Shown: in pieces, positions 13,050 to 27,650 of the stretch | How the letters are laid out: each line of letters opens with the position of its first letter | Position numbering within the stretch: position 1 is the stretch's first letter | Assembly: GCA_951406725.2 (NCBI GenBank) | Contig: OX597824.1 | Span: 32,384,001 to 32,446,000 of the forward strand | Length of the DNA: 62,000 nt | Source: Octopus vulgaris | Taxonomy: Eukaryota | Direction: 5' to 3' | Translations under genes and position numbers: made by a program | Notes under the pieces: generated by a model | Databases searched by the model: none | What the model was told of the DNA's origin: nothing | Seen by the model: only the letters and a program-made list of their open reading frames with translations

Positions 13050-14495
13050 TGAATTCTTTTGTTCAATGAGGAGAATGTGACATTGACCATGCTCTCTGTA
13101 GATTCTCCTAAAATTGTGTGTTTGATGCCATTAATATACCATTTAAACTGTTGTAGGTCAGTGCCCTGAAAGTATGACATGAGGAGGAAGGAGATGCCAA
13201 AGGCTGGAATAACAGCTAGTGCCAGACTGAGGGAGTTCAACACACCAAGTGTGATGAGAGGTGTAAAGATGATTGAGGTACGGAATTTTAAATTGTCGAG
13301 TTAAGACCAGTCAAATCATATTTAAGATACAAAGGCTGTTATAGTAATAGAAAACATTGAGAGAGAAGACAAACAACAGGCTGGAACATATCTCTTTGTG
13401 ACTGAATTCCAGTTCATCAAATGACCCTCCCTTGACTGTATCCCAAGATATCTGTGCACATAGCAGTAGTCCTGATGTGAGTGTGGTGCTCCATTGTGGG
13501 TTCCACTTGAGCCTTGCAGACTGTTAGCAGCTATTGAGGACTGAAATATTTTCTAGTCCTGAAGTAAAGTGGGTGTAGTTTTTGGGATGTGGTCCTTGCT
13601 ATGCTAAGGACATACTTTCCCAGGAGAGATCTTTGATGATAGTGAGGCCCAGCACTTGGAGGGGCATTAAGGGCATTTACTGAATGCTGACCATGTTTGG
13701 TGATCTTGATGAGTTGTGCTAAAATTTTTTTGTTGTTAAAAGAAAAATGATTGGCCAGGCCCCACTAAAGGGTGCTCTCAAGATCCCTGTTTAATGGAAT
13801 CCAGCTAAGCTTGACACAGGATATTTAAATTGTGTGTGGACTATGTTGGGGAAAGTTAAGGACAAATGAAAGCTTATGTCACTTACAAAAGGGTAGTGGT
13901 TGCTGGATGTGGTCACAAGTAGTCCGAAAGTTGATTGAGGGCTGGGAAGAAATAGCACCATCAACAGATACTATGTTCATGCAATGACATAGGAAGCTAC
14001 TGATCCAAGAAATGAGAGACACATAGAGCTTATAAGCAGGATGTTTTGATAAAAACATTTCCATGCCAGACACATAAAAGGCTTTACTGATGTCAATACC
14101 ACAATATTGCTTTCAATGAACTTCCATAAAAGCAAGAGTCTACTGGTGACTGACATAAGAGAAAGTCTCCAGTAGATCTGGCTCTAGGGAAACTGTTCAA
14201 GTAGTTACTAAGGAGAGAGAGAAAGAGAGAGAATGAGAGATTCAAAGTGTTAGAAAATCTTACTATTAATGGTTGTTTCAATAAGCTTAGAGATGTTAAA
14301 AGTGAGAGCAATAAGATAGTAGTTGTTCATCCAGAGGAGTTGCCTTTCTTTGGAATGGGAGACAATAAGAAGTGCTACCAAAGTCAGGGTATATCCCTGT
14401 GAGGATTGAGAGTATAATGTGTTTAGTGAGCATAGGAGCAAGATTTGAGGTGCAGGTTCTGAAGTTCTGGTGCTTGAGTGTAATGGAAGAAACAT
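13050..14495 (-). pseudogene. Decayed 5'-truncated CR1/L2-clade LINE reverse transcriptase
   Basis: Frameshifted remnants: RSTGD, DISKAF, WISSFL...VSVDG, LGLTIIKDLSW...QKL...RKYFSP..LLT..KAQV.P, LWHLLP...DLQQFK. Confidence 0.88.
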
Positions 14496-14519
14496 AGTCA
14501 GAGCTAATTACCTTGGTTG

Positions 14520-15214
<695 letters not shown>

Positions 15215-15224
<10 letters not shown>

Positions 15225-15417
15225 TACATACAATATTAGATATGTACATATATACATAAGGGTACTACAAGATATTTTTTCCTATCTTGTCTGTAATGGA
15301 TTTGTGACTATTCGGTGGTACAGAAGTATTTTTTGACTTCTATCATTGGCGATATAGGTACATGTAGTACCCTCATGTATATATGTACATATCTAATATT
15401 GTATGTATATATTTTAT
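15215..15417. mobile_element. Small element with 55-bp inverted terminal repeats
   Basis: 15215-15269 versus 15363-15417 has one mismatch. The interior is 93 bp. Confidence 0.85.
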
Positions 15418-15481
15418 TAATTTGCCTGTACGGCTAATAATTCACTTACCACTTGTGATGGTATTTTAATAATACCATCCC

Positions 15482-15515
<34 letters not shown>

Positions 15516-15749
15516 ATATTATATTGGTTTTTTGCTCAGGAAAAGCATAGAAAGAATGTGTTTAAATTCTGATATGTTCTGTTACAGTTACATTTTCTGA
15601 TATTTACAATTATGAAATTTTTTCAGATTCACTCAATTGTGCATAATATATGTATGCATTTCATAGATCTGTGTAAACATGCATACTTCATATACATATT
15701 TTGTAAATTTATTTACATCAGTGTGTATATACTTGCACACATGCTTGTA

Positions 15750-15797
15750 GTGTGTATATACTTGCACACACACACACATATATATGTATATATACAT

Positions 15798-15834
<37 letters not shown>

Positions 15835-15927
15835 CACACACATATATGTATGTATATGTATATATATGTATGTTATACACATACACACAAACATATGCCA
15901 ACATATATATATGCACATCCATTTCCA

Positions 15928-15968
<41 letters not shown>

Positions 15969-16106
15969 CATACATACATACATATATATATACATACACA
16001 TACACACACATATATATATATATGTATATATATGTATATGTGTATACATATATATATATATATACATATACGTATATATGTATACATATAGATATATACA
16101 TATATA

Positions 16107-16138
<32 letters not shown>

Positions 16139-16196
16139 CATACATAAACACACACACATATATCTCTATGTATACATATATATGTGTATATATATG

Positions 16197-16229
<33 letters not shown>

Positions 16230-16420
16230 TTATACCAACATATATGTGTGCATACATATTTGTGTGCATATGTAACTGCATGTGCAAATTGCTACACACA
16301 TGTAGTTCATTAGCATAAGTATCAATGCATGCACTGATAAAAGTATACATTTGCATACGTTTGTATACACACACACACATACACACATTGACATGCACAC
16401 ACACACTCACTCACACATTT
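15750..16420. repeat. Mixed (TA)/(CA)/(TG) low-complexity tract
   Basis: Seen directly. Confidence 0.95.
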
Positions 16421-17807
16421 ATATCATTATAAATGTAGATAAATTTGCAAAACACCAACATACATATCAAAGAAGCTTAATTTTTGAAAAGTTCAGAGAT
16501 TGTAAGATATTAAACTTGCTAAATATGAGATACATTAATATATATTTTTATGTTATTGCGACATAGTGTTGGTATTCGTTTGTGAAGTAGTAAATATTAT
16601 CAATAAGATTTGCTGAAAAAAATTCTTTCATTTTCATTGTGAATATGATAAGTTGCTATATAGACAATTTTTTCTTCAGATTTTAATATTTTATTTTTGG
16701 CAATATCAGGCATTCAATTGAAATTTTTGTTTAACCATTTAGAGCTGTTTCTTGAATTTTATAAGTAGAACAAATACTTAGAAAATGTTCTTTCAGAAGA
16801 CTTTTTGCCTTAAATAGTTGAATTCTTTTTTTTGGAATGTTACCATTTCATTCTTAAAGACTAACATCAAGAAAGTAATCAAGTGTTGTATTTTATAGTA
16901 AATATTCTAATAAATGAGGATTAGAAATTATTATCGTATGTTTTAAATGTTTTTTGGTGGGATGAATATTATTGATATTCATGTTTTAAAAAAGAGAGGA
17001 AAAGGATGATCAAATTTAATCGGCAACTTTTAGCTTTTTGGTAGAATAGTTCTTATGTCAAAAAATTCTTATGATGAACATGAATGAGCATTAGAAGTAA
17101 TCCGAAGAAAAGTTTTAACTTTCTTTTCTTTTCTTTTTTGTTTTGAATGAAATAAATTTCATGATTCCACTAATTTACAAATATTAATCTCTGAACTTAT
17201 TCAGCGTAAAAAAATAAAAATGGGATACAAAGCAGCGATATACTTCAAGCAAATCCTTTGATCATGATTCACAAAATAATTTTGGAGCAGAAATCTTTAT
17301 ACTGACAGCTAAAGCAGATTTTATTTTTATTTGGATTATTTCAGTTTAATAAACCTAGCTGCTATCAGTTTGATATATGTTTACTTAAATGTTATACTTA
17401 TTTAAAGAGTGAGTGGAATAATATATTATTGAGCATATCTGGTCCAGTAGCTAAAAGAAAATGTTATTTCTTTCCTTACTATACAATTAAACGTATTGCT
17501 GTGTACTTCCTTTAGTTATCAACATTTTTGAGCGAATTGAGGAAGTAAAATAGGGAATGATCAGTATCTTTTATTGTGCAAACAACCTTAATTGTCTTCC
17601 TTTTAATTAATTATTTTAACAATTCAACAATAATCAGTTGAAGATTCTACTGGTAAAAGTACTTAAGTCACAATTATTTTCACTTTTAGAACTAGGGTTA
17701 TCAACTCCTCTCAAGATAGGTTGGTGTCCATATTTTTCTTTACCATAATTTCTTGAAATCAGAAGTGAAAGACTTCCTTTCAACAGAACCAAATCCTACT
17801 AGCTTAC

Positions 17808-17876
17808 ATCCCTTAAAGTAACATTTCTTTCTTTCTTGAACAAAAGCCCAGTTCTATTGCCAAAAGGCAGAATATA
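17808..17876 (-). CDS. Candidate RyR cassette exon: YILPFGNRTGLLFKKERNVTLRD
   Basis: Acceptor ccaattccctttacCAG, donor GAT|GTAAGC. 69 nt, open only in frame 0, which matches the phase-0 host intron. No homology recognised. Confidence 0.35.
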
Positions 17877-20136
17877 CTGGTAAAGGGAATTGGCCATAGT
17901 GTTATTTTGTTCCTTGTAAACTAGTCAAAATAAGGGGTAAAGAAATGAGGTTGAACTAAGAAAAACAAAACTGCATGATACTGATAAACTGATAGGCATC
18001 AAAGTCAAAAATCACCCTCTAATCAAGACTATCATGAATATCAATCCTTTGAAAATTATATTAAAACAAAGACATATTTTGATAAAATGGTCAATGTTTT
18101 AAAATAACAGAATAGTATAAAAAGGATACCATCAAGAAATTAAATGCCTAAAATGATGGTTTCAAATTTAAAAATGGAAATAATCATATTTCTTCTGATA
18201 ACTGATGGAAATTCCTTTGGGGTGGAAATTTTTAATATATTTTACAATAGATGTAATTAGTGAATCAGACTCAAAAGCAAAAATCATTGTTATATATATA
18301 TTGTTATAATATATATACTTGAATAATTTTGTATTGTATGTTTTAGATTAGAAAATAGAAAAATTTTAGGAAGCATCAAATCTTATGATTAGGAAGCAAG
18401 CTTTATTTTGTTTTTTAAAGCTAATTGTTTGTGCTACATTAAGATATTTAATTGGAAACGCAGTTTTCAATGAACAAATTGCATAATGTTTATCAAGCAA
18501 AAAGAATTTCTAATTCTACTTCCTTTTCTTATAATTAGAAATTGACTTTTTTTAGTGACAGTAATTTTTTTGAATACTCAAGACATAATATTTATATAAT
18601 TAACTAGAGTTGTGGTGGAAAAAAAGGCTAAAAAAGTGAAATTTATTAAAATGAAATGGAATCAGCATAAAAGACTCTGCTTCAAAACTTAATCAGCATA
18701 TTTATATTAATGTCATTGCATGAATGAGAGAAATAAAATAAATATATTTGTGGCTGTGTGTTTACAACAGTACACAAGCAAGTAAATCAAAAACAAAGCA
18801 GCATATACATATGTGCATATATCATATTCTCCTTGGAAATATTGTCACCAAAATATTTTATATTAATATTTTTCTAGCTGCTTTAAAGTTACACATTTTC
18901 ATGTACTGCATTCGTGTTTTCACGTTATTCTGTCTTGTATTTAAAAGTACATACATTAATAGATACTAGATGGTCTATGACAATATTTTACACTGATTGC
19001 TAATTTTATTTTGAGGTTTATGTTTTATGTTATGTTTTATAAAAGAAGGAAGGATAAGATTTTAATAAATAATTAAATTAATCAGGTAATAATTGTTAGT
19101 AAAGTCTCTAACTTCTGTTTTTAAAAAATGTATATACATGAGCATGATATATCCTGAGTGTGAACAGTATGGAATTAACTATCATTAATTAGTATAAATT
19201 TTAAAATTATTAAATAATTCCTTTTTAGTTCTTTGTAGAGAATTTACCACTCACTAATGAAACACTGAAATATTTATTTTATTATAGCAATTTAAGTTGA
19301 AATTTAGAAAATTATTCTCAAATGAATAATTATATTAATTTTTAAAACTTTATAACATATAGGAGAAAGGTAAGTTGAAGTTTAGATTTTTTTAAATGTT
19401 GAAGAGAATATGATATATATATATGTATATATATATATAACAAGGTCAACATTAAACACAGAAAAATTTTGATAATATACACACTAGTGATTTCAATGGT
19501 TACACATTGACTTTCAAAGGATTTCTATACAAAGATAGCTAGCAAAGAACCATGGAAAATATAGATACATATAATTATACATAATACAATCATACAAGAA
19601 CACCTAGCTTTCTAATTAAACATAAAAGATAGACGATTTATATGTTTAGCACTACATCTAGACACTATTAGCAACACACATAAAACTAGCATCTACAGAC
19701 TGCGGGTGGTGAAAAAGGTACCTTTAGTCGATCCAGCTTTATCTAAGAGTGCATACAAAAATAAGAAATGGTCATTAATGGCTGTGAATTTGTTACGCTA
19801 TGGGTTGGATCACTGGGCACCTTGAAGACAGTCGTACAATGCTGTCTGAGCTTCAGGCAATAAAATAATCATTAAAATGTTAAGGTGAAAACAAAACATA
19901 CAGAAATATATATATATATATATAAAAAAAAAAACATTGGGTTTTGAGAAACATTAAAAAAATTACTGAAAAGCATAAACTCTCTAGTTTACTTTTATGA
20001 TTCCACCATCTGTAGGAATTGAAAGTTATTGAAGAACAGGCATTGGTAAAAAGACTAAAGAGGAAATAAAAAGATTCTCGAAGGCATTGGTTTGGACATT
20101 TTTGAAAAGCTTTTGCTTGGAAATTTTATATTATAT

Positions 20137-20174
<38 letters not shown>

Positions 20175-21400
20175 AATTATATATATATATACATATATAT
20201 AATTATAATTATGTATGTATATATACAATTATATATATATATATATATGCATATATGTACATATATAATCTTATATACATATACAGATATGTGTGCATGG
20301 TTGTATAATAGATAGATAGATAGATATGCACGTATGTATATATTTATAATTATCTATCTTTCTATCTATCTCTATATATGCATGTATGTATACATAATTA
20401 GATATATATATATGTATATATATATGTATATATATATATATGAATACATACATACATATATACACATATATACATTATTTTAAATAAAAAGTAATTTGAA
20501 GAAAAATAATATTCTAGAAATAAGTATCTATGTGTAGATATTAAAAAAAATCTTTCATTTGATAAAGCCCGGTAAAAATACTGTGTAAGTTAACAATTAA
20601 CAAAGATATTAACATACTAGGTAAATTTTGAGGTTACACTGGAAAAAGAGAAACACTTTTCTATATTTCTAACAGTGATAATACATTATAGTGATAGTAT
20701 CTATATTACTTAGTGAAAAAATTGGAATGCAGATTTATTTTGAAATACATAAATTACATTTGGTTCCATGCTAGAACTTGAAATTTTGTTCAGTTCACAA
20801 GTGTATTTAGACTATATCTATATTTAAAGTTGAATTGTTGATGGATACAAGTCTGTGAAGATGATAAAAATACTGAATATTTAGAAAAATATCATTCATT
20901 TACATGAATACTTACATGTGTTGCATTTTAAAGCTTACCTGATTAAATTTCCACTAAATCAATGGTTGTAGAGTTAACAAATTTTGAAATTGAGAATACA
21001 TAAAACATCGTTTAAAGGGAATTTAGATTTGATATTTGAAATTTTTAATATATTGAACCTCAATATAAAATGCTTCATAAGATGTGTAATTCATTAAATC
21101 TAATTTTAGATATCATATTGTTTAATATGGAGAATGAAAGATACTTAAGAATTTTGTTTAAAAGCTGACATTTGCAAACATACACACATGCATGAATATA
21201 CGTACACTCTCTCAAACATAAACACAAGGGAAAATATAAAGCTACTTAGCAATAATGGATAGAACTTTATGTAAAGATTGAGAGGGTGACTCTGAATATC
21301 TATTTTATCAAGTCTTTAGAAAGTTTAATGAGAACTAATAATTAATATAAAAAATTCGAAAGAGGAAAAATATTTTAAAACAAGTAAGCAGACTACATGG

Positions 21401-21445
<45 letters not shown>

Positions 21446-23552
21446 TAGAGATGCATCACCAAATGCCCAGAATAATCTAGCATGAAATAATTGCTGTTAA
21501 AATCCTGTTGCATATCTCAATTCTATTTTTGTTATTTGTTTTGGAAGTGTCTAGAAGCAACAATGTAGAAACTTAAGCTTCAAACAGAAATATAAAAGGA
21601 AAAGAAAAACAATAAAAATTAATACATCTGCTGTCTGCCAAACTTTACTAAACATTGGAGAAATTAAACAGTAGTCAATAATACAACTCACACTTCTCTG
21701 ACAATGCTGCTTGTAACTTAAACATGATGAATATCACACAAAACTTTTATCAATCATTTAGAAAATAAAATGGTATTTTGTAACTTCTCAGAATATAAAT
21801 TTGAGAATGAACGTTTTAAAATAGTTTCTTTGGTCTAGAATAATTTCTGTAACCAATAGTGATGTTTTGAAGAATGTTAAAAGACAAATAGTGTTAAAAA
21901 TATTATTTTATTATCTTTGATTGTTGTGTTTGAAGTTGTTAGTATTCAAATTTTGTATACCTAATGTGAAATACCGATTTCTTATATTGACACAAGTGAT
22001 TTATAGGGGTGGCAGAATGGGATATTGTATATTTATGCCTTTTCCATAGATGTTAGTAATAAGGGTGGCATGAAATGGCTCCAGTTATAATTGAGTTCCA
22101 CCAGGTACTTGTCTTTACTATAGCATTCAACTAACATATCAATACTTATGTTAGTGCTAACATATTCAATGCAGAGAGAATTAAAATGCTAATATGAAGT
22201 TATTATGTGGTAAGAAAAAATAAAACAAAATTAGTTAATGACTAATATTTGAATTATTTCAGCAAATTGCAATTATTTTTCATTATATTTAGAACCAATG
22301 CTCATATTTTGCTTTACCATTTGATAACTAGTGTTTAATTCGGAAGAGTTTATAAAAATTAAATTCATTTAATGATATCAATATAAATATGGATCCCTAA
22401 ATCTAGTGAACATATAAAATTAGTATAAAGTTCTCTAGTAGTACAAAATAAAATTCTTTTGGCTAACATGTATTACAGCATTTTTTCCACAACAGAAAGA
22501 AGTATGAGACAGAAACTACACAATAATTTACAATAATATGCAAAGAAGTTGTTTTAAAAAGAACTTGATTGTCTACATACACCCGCCACTCATAGACACA
22601 TGCGCAAACAATACAGTTACTCATTAAAACTATTTCAACACCAATCCATAAAAAACATTTTTGTGACAATGGAGGGAAAAACAAAATCTTCTGTATATAC
22701 GACTTTTTCTGAAATATTTCAAACTGGTGTTATTTTGAAAATTAATCTTGCTATTTTTATTTTTTTATTTCATTCCTCAAAGCCTTTTCTCATTAACAAT
22801 ATGGAATGAATGATTGCCTCAATATCACTAACAAATACTGAACTGAAAGCTATCATTTGTTACTTAATTTATAATACTGTAGTGGTATTACATCCATTAC
22901 TTGCTTACCAACACTGTCTCATTTGTCCAACACTTTCTCTAGGTGGTGGACATTACTATACTATACTTCTAGCCATTACTATCTATCTTCCAGGTTACTC
23001 ATTATTGACATCCAGTACTCTCATTTACCATAAACCATTTGTATGACCATCCATCACACATTCTCTCTCTTTTTCTCTCTCATTTGTGCTTTTCTTCCTC
23101 TCAATACTGTCTGGTATTACCATTTCTTCTCATTGTCACCCCAATAATTCTGTCTCTCTTTTCATCCTTGTGCATGTCTCTCCATCTTACTACAGTTCAT
23201 CCTGTAATCACCTACTCTACTGGTCATGCTTCTCACAAGAAATGAAGACAATACTGATCAGAAAGAAGCCTTTCTTCTTTCAGGGTACAAACCAAATTCA
23301 CTGGTTCCTTGATAAAATGCAATCTGTACCCGGAGTAAAAATGTTACTGAAGAAGCAGAAAAAAGGGAATATGAGACATATCCCCTCAGTCCATTGGGAA
23401 CAGTAGTAACCTTGAATAAGAACTAACACTTAAAGCTCCATGAGGCTTCAGCAGGAGGTGGTGTACTCTTTCACCACAACTTTCTCTCACTCTTATTTAT
23501 CTATATGTATGCATATAGATAAATAATAGATATATATATGTATATATACATA

Positions 23553-23583
<31 letters not shown>

Positions 23584-24182
23584 AGGTGTTTGTAATTGGA
23601 TTGTTAGGTTGTGTGAGGAAAGCATAGAAGTGAAGATATTGGCACCTTACTAATTTTCTTCTCTCACAGCACACGCACACAAAAAAAATTTGTACTAGTG
23701 TTGTATTATGTTATTCTTTCTCCAACATTTCTATTATTCTTTCATCAGTTTTCTTTTCCTGAATTTCCATCTTTTCTCTCTCTTTCATGTCTTTCTTTCA
23801 TGCAACAACACCTCACACCTATACCCTTGCACATACTTTTATCATGTCCTCCACATTCCTCTCACTCACACCCACTGTCTTCTTTCCTTCTTATACACAA
23901 TACAATTAAATATACACACCAAAACACCACACTAACCTACATTACTATACATCTGCACTTCTACCCCCTCCACCAAAAAAACCACACACACACACCATTA
24001 CCTGTTCTTTATGCAAATCTCAAAAAATGGATGCACTCTTATATATGTGCACTCATACACCAATCCTTCACCCTTCTTAATTCCTTCACAGAATTGCATT
24101 CCCAGCTGGCTTCGAAATTCTCAATTATTTTCTTTCCTTCTCAATCACTCTTCCTTCCTTTTTCCTATTCCTCCTATCCTTT

Positions 24183-24218
24183 TATTCTGATGAAAGACTA
24201 ACTGCTGAAACGTTAAGA
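24183..24218 (+). ncRNA. Decayed minimal hammerhead motif ending a pyrimidine-rich block (about 23700-24180)
   Basis: CTGATGA-A-AG-ACTAACTG-CT-GAAAC-GTT-AAGA. The core and palindromic ACGT are kept, but stems I and II are eroded. Confidence 0.4.
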
Positions 24219-24415
24219 CTTGCTTATATTACTAAACTTCCTTGTACAAAATTAACCTAATATAAAATTTGTTAAAACTTGTCCCTCCTGTGTTATCTAT
24301 TTTCTTTATATTTTTGCTCATTACAGTTCCAATATATTTCTAATGTTTACACAGACCTCTCATCTATCTACCTATCTATCTATATATTTATACACACACA
24401 CACACACACACACAC

Positions 24416-24475
<60 letters not shown>

Positions 24476-24614
24476 CAAATCCTCAGTTATATTTTAGATT
24501 AAGGCACTAATTATCATAGAATAGAATTCTCTTTTTAAATTTCAATATGTAATCAAATTCACTTATTTGATCAAATATAAAATAAATGGTAATATGTAAA
24601 ACACAAATAATTAC

Positions 24615-24680
24615 CTGCAGTGATGTAGTGGCATCATCCCCTCCATCATCATCATCATCTTCATCTTCACCATGACAACT
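24615..24680 (-). CDS. RyR: RyR exon: SCHGEDEDDDDDGGDDATTSLQ
   Basis: Acidic linker after ...ADIMSK|SCH, as in RyR. CAG acceptor, GTAATT donor. 66 nt, phase 0 to 0. Confidence 0.92.
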
Positions 24681-25544
24681 CTGCAAAAAATAATGTTTTG
24701 AATTATAGCATTAATCATAGATGTTATGTTATTACAATAATCAAATATTTTAGGATAATTTAATATATTTATTTGTTTATATTTTTAATTGGTATCAAAA
24801 CTCTTATGTTCATGTTTTTGGGATAATGGTATAGTGTTCCCATTAGATTGTTGGTTCCTGTCAAACCATTCAATTCATGCTAGCATGGAAGATGGATGTT
24901 AAATCACAATGATGATGATGGTTAAAAATATTTTGATAAAATATTTACGAATAAAAATCTTTGGGAGAAAGTTATGTTTAATAACACTGAAACAAAATAT
25001 TGATATATTTTTTGGTCTTTGGTCAGAAAGTGTTATCTTCTATTTGCTTCTATATAGAAATCAAAGGAAATGTCTACTAGTCCTTTCAAACTTTGCTTTT
25101 GTTACCTGGGCATCAATGGTTTGAAACTGACCTATTTTCCATTATATTTCAGACAAGATTCAGCATTGAGTTGCTTAAGCAGAAATAGCATTAGAGCAAA
25201 TATTCTACTCTGTACCACAGATTTGTTTGACTTTAATCACTTGAACATACCCCTTAGTAGCTGACAATATGTGCATCTCTGATCATGAGCAGGAATAGTG
25301 GGAGAACATCTAGCCATGTGTTGAGAGAGATTCTTTGGAGTTTGAATAATATCATAACAAAAGCAAAGTTTGAATATTAGCTATTTTTCATATTTTCTAG
25401 GGGTAAGCAAATAGAAAATAACAATTGCAACCCAAGGACAAAAATCGTGTTACACAGTGTAACTGTATTCAGTATGAAAAACAAAAACCCTGTTTTTTAA
25501 ATGATTGGGTTGTGTTTAATATGCCAGTACATCTATGGTCTTTA

Positions 25545-25865
25545 ACTGGCACTCCTTCAGTTATGACAATGAAGGTTCCAGTCGAACCAATCAATGGAAC
25601 AGTCTGCTCATGAAATTAACATGCAAGTGGCTGAGCACTCCACAGACACGTGTACACTTCACATAGTTCTCAGGGAGATAGCGTGGAACACAGAATGTGA
25701 TAAGGCTGATCCTTTGAAATACAGGTACTTACTAATTTTTGCCAGCTGAGTTGACTAGGGCAATATTAAATAAAGTGGCTTGCACAAGGATACAACACAC
25801 CACCAGGAATCAAACTCACAGCCCTATAATCATGAACTGAATACCCTAACCACTTAGCCATGCAT
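25545..25865 (-). mobile_element. tRNA-derived SINE
   Basis: Minus-strand head ggctaagtggttaggg...gagtttgattcc. Body shared with 26245-26560 and 30925-31190. Confidence 0.8.
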
Positions 25866-25899
25866 TTTTACATAGCAAATAAAAAAGTATTTCACTTAC

Positions 25900-26070
25900 T
25901 TTACTCATTATATCTGCATAAGCCATATAGAGTTCGTCAGCTTCGAGGCCATCACTTTGTTCTTTGGTTGCACCTCGACATAATGCAATGATTAATTGAT
26001 TGAGAGGATCTGGTTTTTTGTCTTCCTCTACTTCTTTCTTCTCAACTTCTTCTTCTTCCTCTTTAGCAAT
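25900..26070 (-). CDS. RyR: RyR exon: [57 protein letters not shown]
   Basis: RyR motif KPDPLxQL...[11 protein letters not shown]. CAG acceptor, GTAAGT donor. 171 nt, phase 0 to 0. Confidence 0.96.
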
Positions 26071-26244
26071 CTGGAAAATAAAAAAAAAAACCAAAATCAT
26101 GTATAATAAAATAAGTTACACAATAAAAATACAAATTTAGCATTATATTCATGATTAAATATTGTTTTATTATGAAGCTGAAATGTGTATAAGTGCAAGT
26201 TCAAGCTCTCACACAAATGTGCACACACACACATAAAGGAGCAC

Positions 26245-26560
26245 TCCGTCAGTTACAACGATGAGGGTCCCAGCTGATACAATCAACGGAACAGCCTGCT
26301 CATGAAATTAACGTACAAGTGGCTGAGCAATCCACAGACACGCGTACCCCTAACGTTGTTCGCAGGGAGATTCAGCATGACACAGAGTGTGTCAAGTCCG
26401 GCTCTTTTGAATTACAGGTACAACTCATTTTTGCCAGTTCAGTGGACTGGAGCAACATGAAATAAAGTGTCTTGCTCAAGGACACAACGCATCGCTGGGA
26501 ATCGAACTTACGACCTTACAATCGTTAGCCGAATGCCCTAACCACTAAGCCATGCACCTT
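26245..26560 (-). mobile_element. tRNA-derived SINE (same family as 25545)
   Basis: Minus strand GCATGGCTTAGTGGTTAGG...GTTCGATTCC and a shared body. Confidence 0.85.
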
Positions 26561-26966
26561 CACACACACATACACATACAATATATATACATTTCCCCAC
26601 AAATCACATGCATACACAAAACACAAACATGCAGAGTATAGTAATTATCATTATTATTTATTTAACAGTTTCTCTTTCCCCTCTAAATATGCATACATAC
26701 AGGCACACATAGATTTTTCTGTTATTGAAACTAACACAGAGTTTGTCTTACGACTTGAGTTTCACATCTCTGTGACTTCCAAGGGAAACAGTGGCCCGAA
26801 TCAAATTCTAGAGGCATGAAATTCAGATCATGAAACAAACACAGTTTCAATAAAACTACCATATCCTCTACACCATACATCGAACATATCTTTCTTATTC
26901 ATTTCACATGAAGCAACATACATATACATGTGTGTGTGTGTGTGTGTGTATAAAAGTATTACTTAC

Positions 26967-27060
26967 AGTTAGATCTTCAATAAGAACATTTTTACTGACT
27001 TCTTCTGTTGCAAGCCATGTTAGTCGATACGCCTTCAAAAATAGGTTCATGGCTCGATGT
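26967..27060 (-). CDS. RyR: RyR exon: (R)HRAMNLFLKAYRLTWLATEEVSKNVLIEDLT
   Basis: RyR motif HRAxNxFLxxY..W..TE....IEDL. TAG acceptor, GTAAGT donor. 94 nt, phase 2 to 0. Confidence 0.95.
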
Positions 27061-27093
27061 CTAACAATAATAAAAATAATAATGATAATAAAA

Positions 27094-27143
<50 letters not shown>

Positions 27144-27171
27144 TAATAATATAGATAATAATAATAATAAT

Positions 27172-27650
27172 AAAATGAGAAAGCAACCATACTTTGGGCT
27201 ATGTCAACACGTTCAGATAGAGAAATTAAGGCAAATAGGCCAGATATAGTTGTCAGAGAGGATCAAGAAAAAGTGCTTTCTAATTGATGTATCAATACCA
27301 ACAGAAGACAACGTTTCTCAAAAAGAAATGGAGAAACTTTCAAAATACAAAGACCTAGAAATTGAGGTAACCAGAATGTGGAGTCTAAAAACTGAAACAG
27401 TTCCTATCATAATAGGAACATCAGATATGATAAAAAAATATTCAGACAAATACATAACAAAACACTAGGACTTACAAACACATATAACATACACAAAATT
27501 GTACTACTGGGCACTGCACACATCCTACATAAAACACTTTCAATACAGTAACAATAAGAGTATCACAACAAATCTCAGCACATACCCAAGGCACACAGAG
27601 CTACGCTCAGTAGTGCAGTGAAAGTACATGATAAAAATAAGACTAAGTAC
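27172..27650 (+). mobile_element. 5'-truncated R4/Dong-type non-LTR element (restriction-like endonuclease C-terminus)
   Basis: ANRPDIVV...CFLIDVSIP...KEMEKLSKYKDLEIEVTRMW. Abuts an (AAT)n tract. Confidence 0.8.

Noticed and set aside
19821-19850. 30-nt open phase-0 segment (LRQHCTTVFK)
   Set aside because: The acceptor is weak and the donor (GTGCCC) is poor.
23712-23747. Minus-strand CTGATGA...GAAATGTT hammerhead look-alike
   Set aside because: There is no stem II and no stem I pairing.
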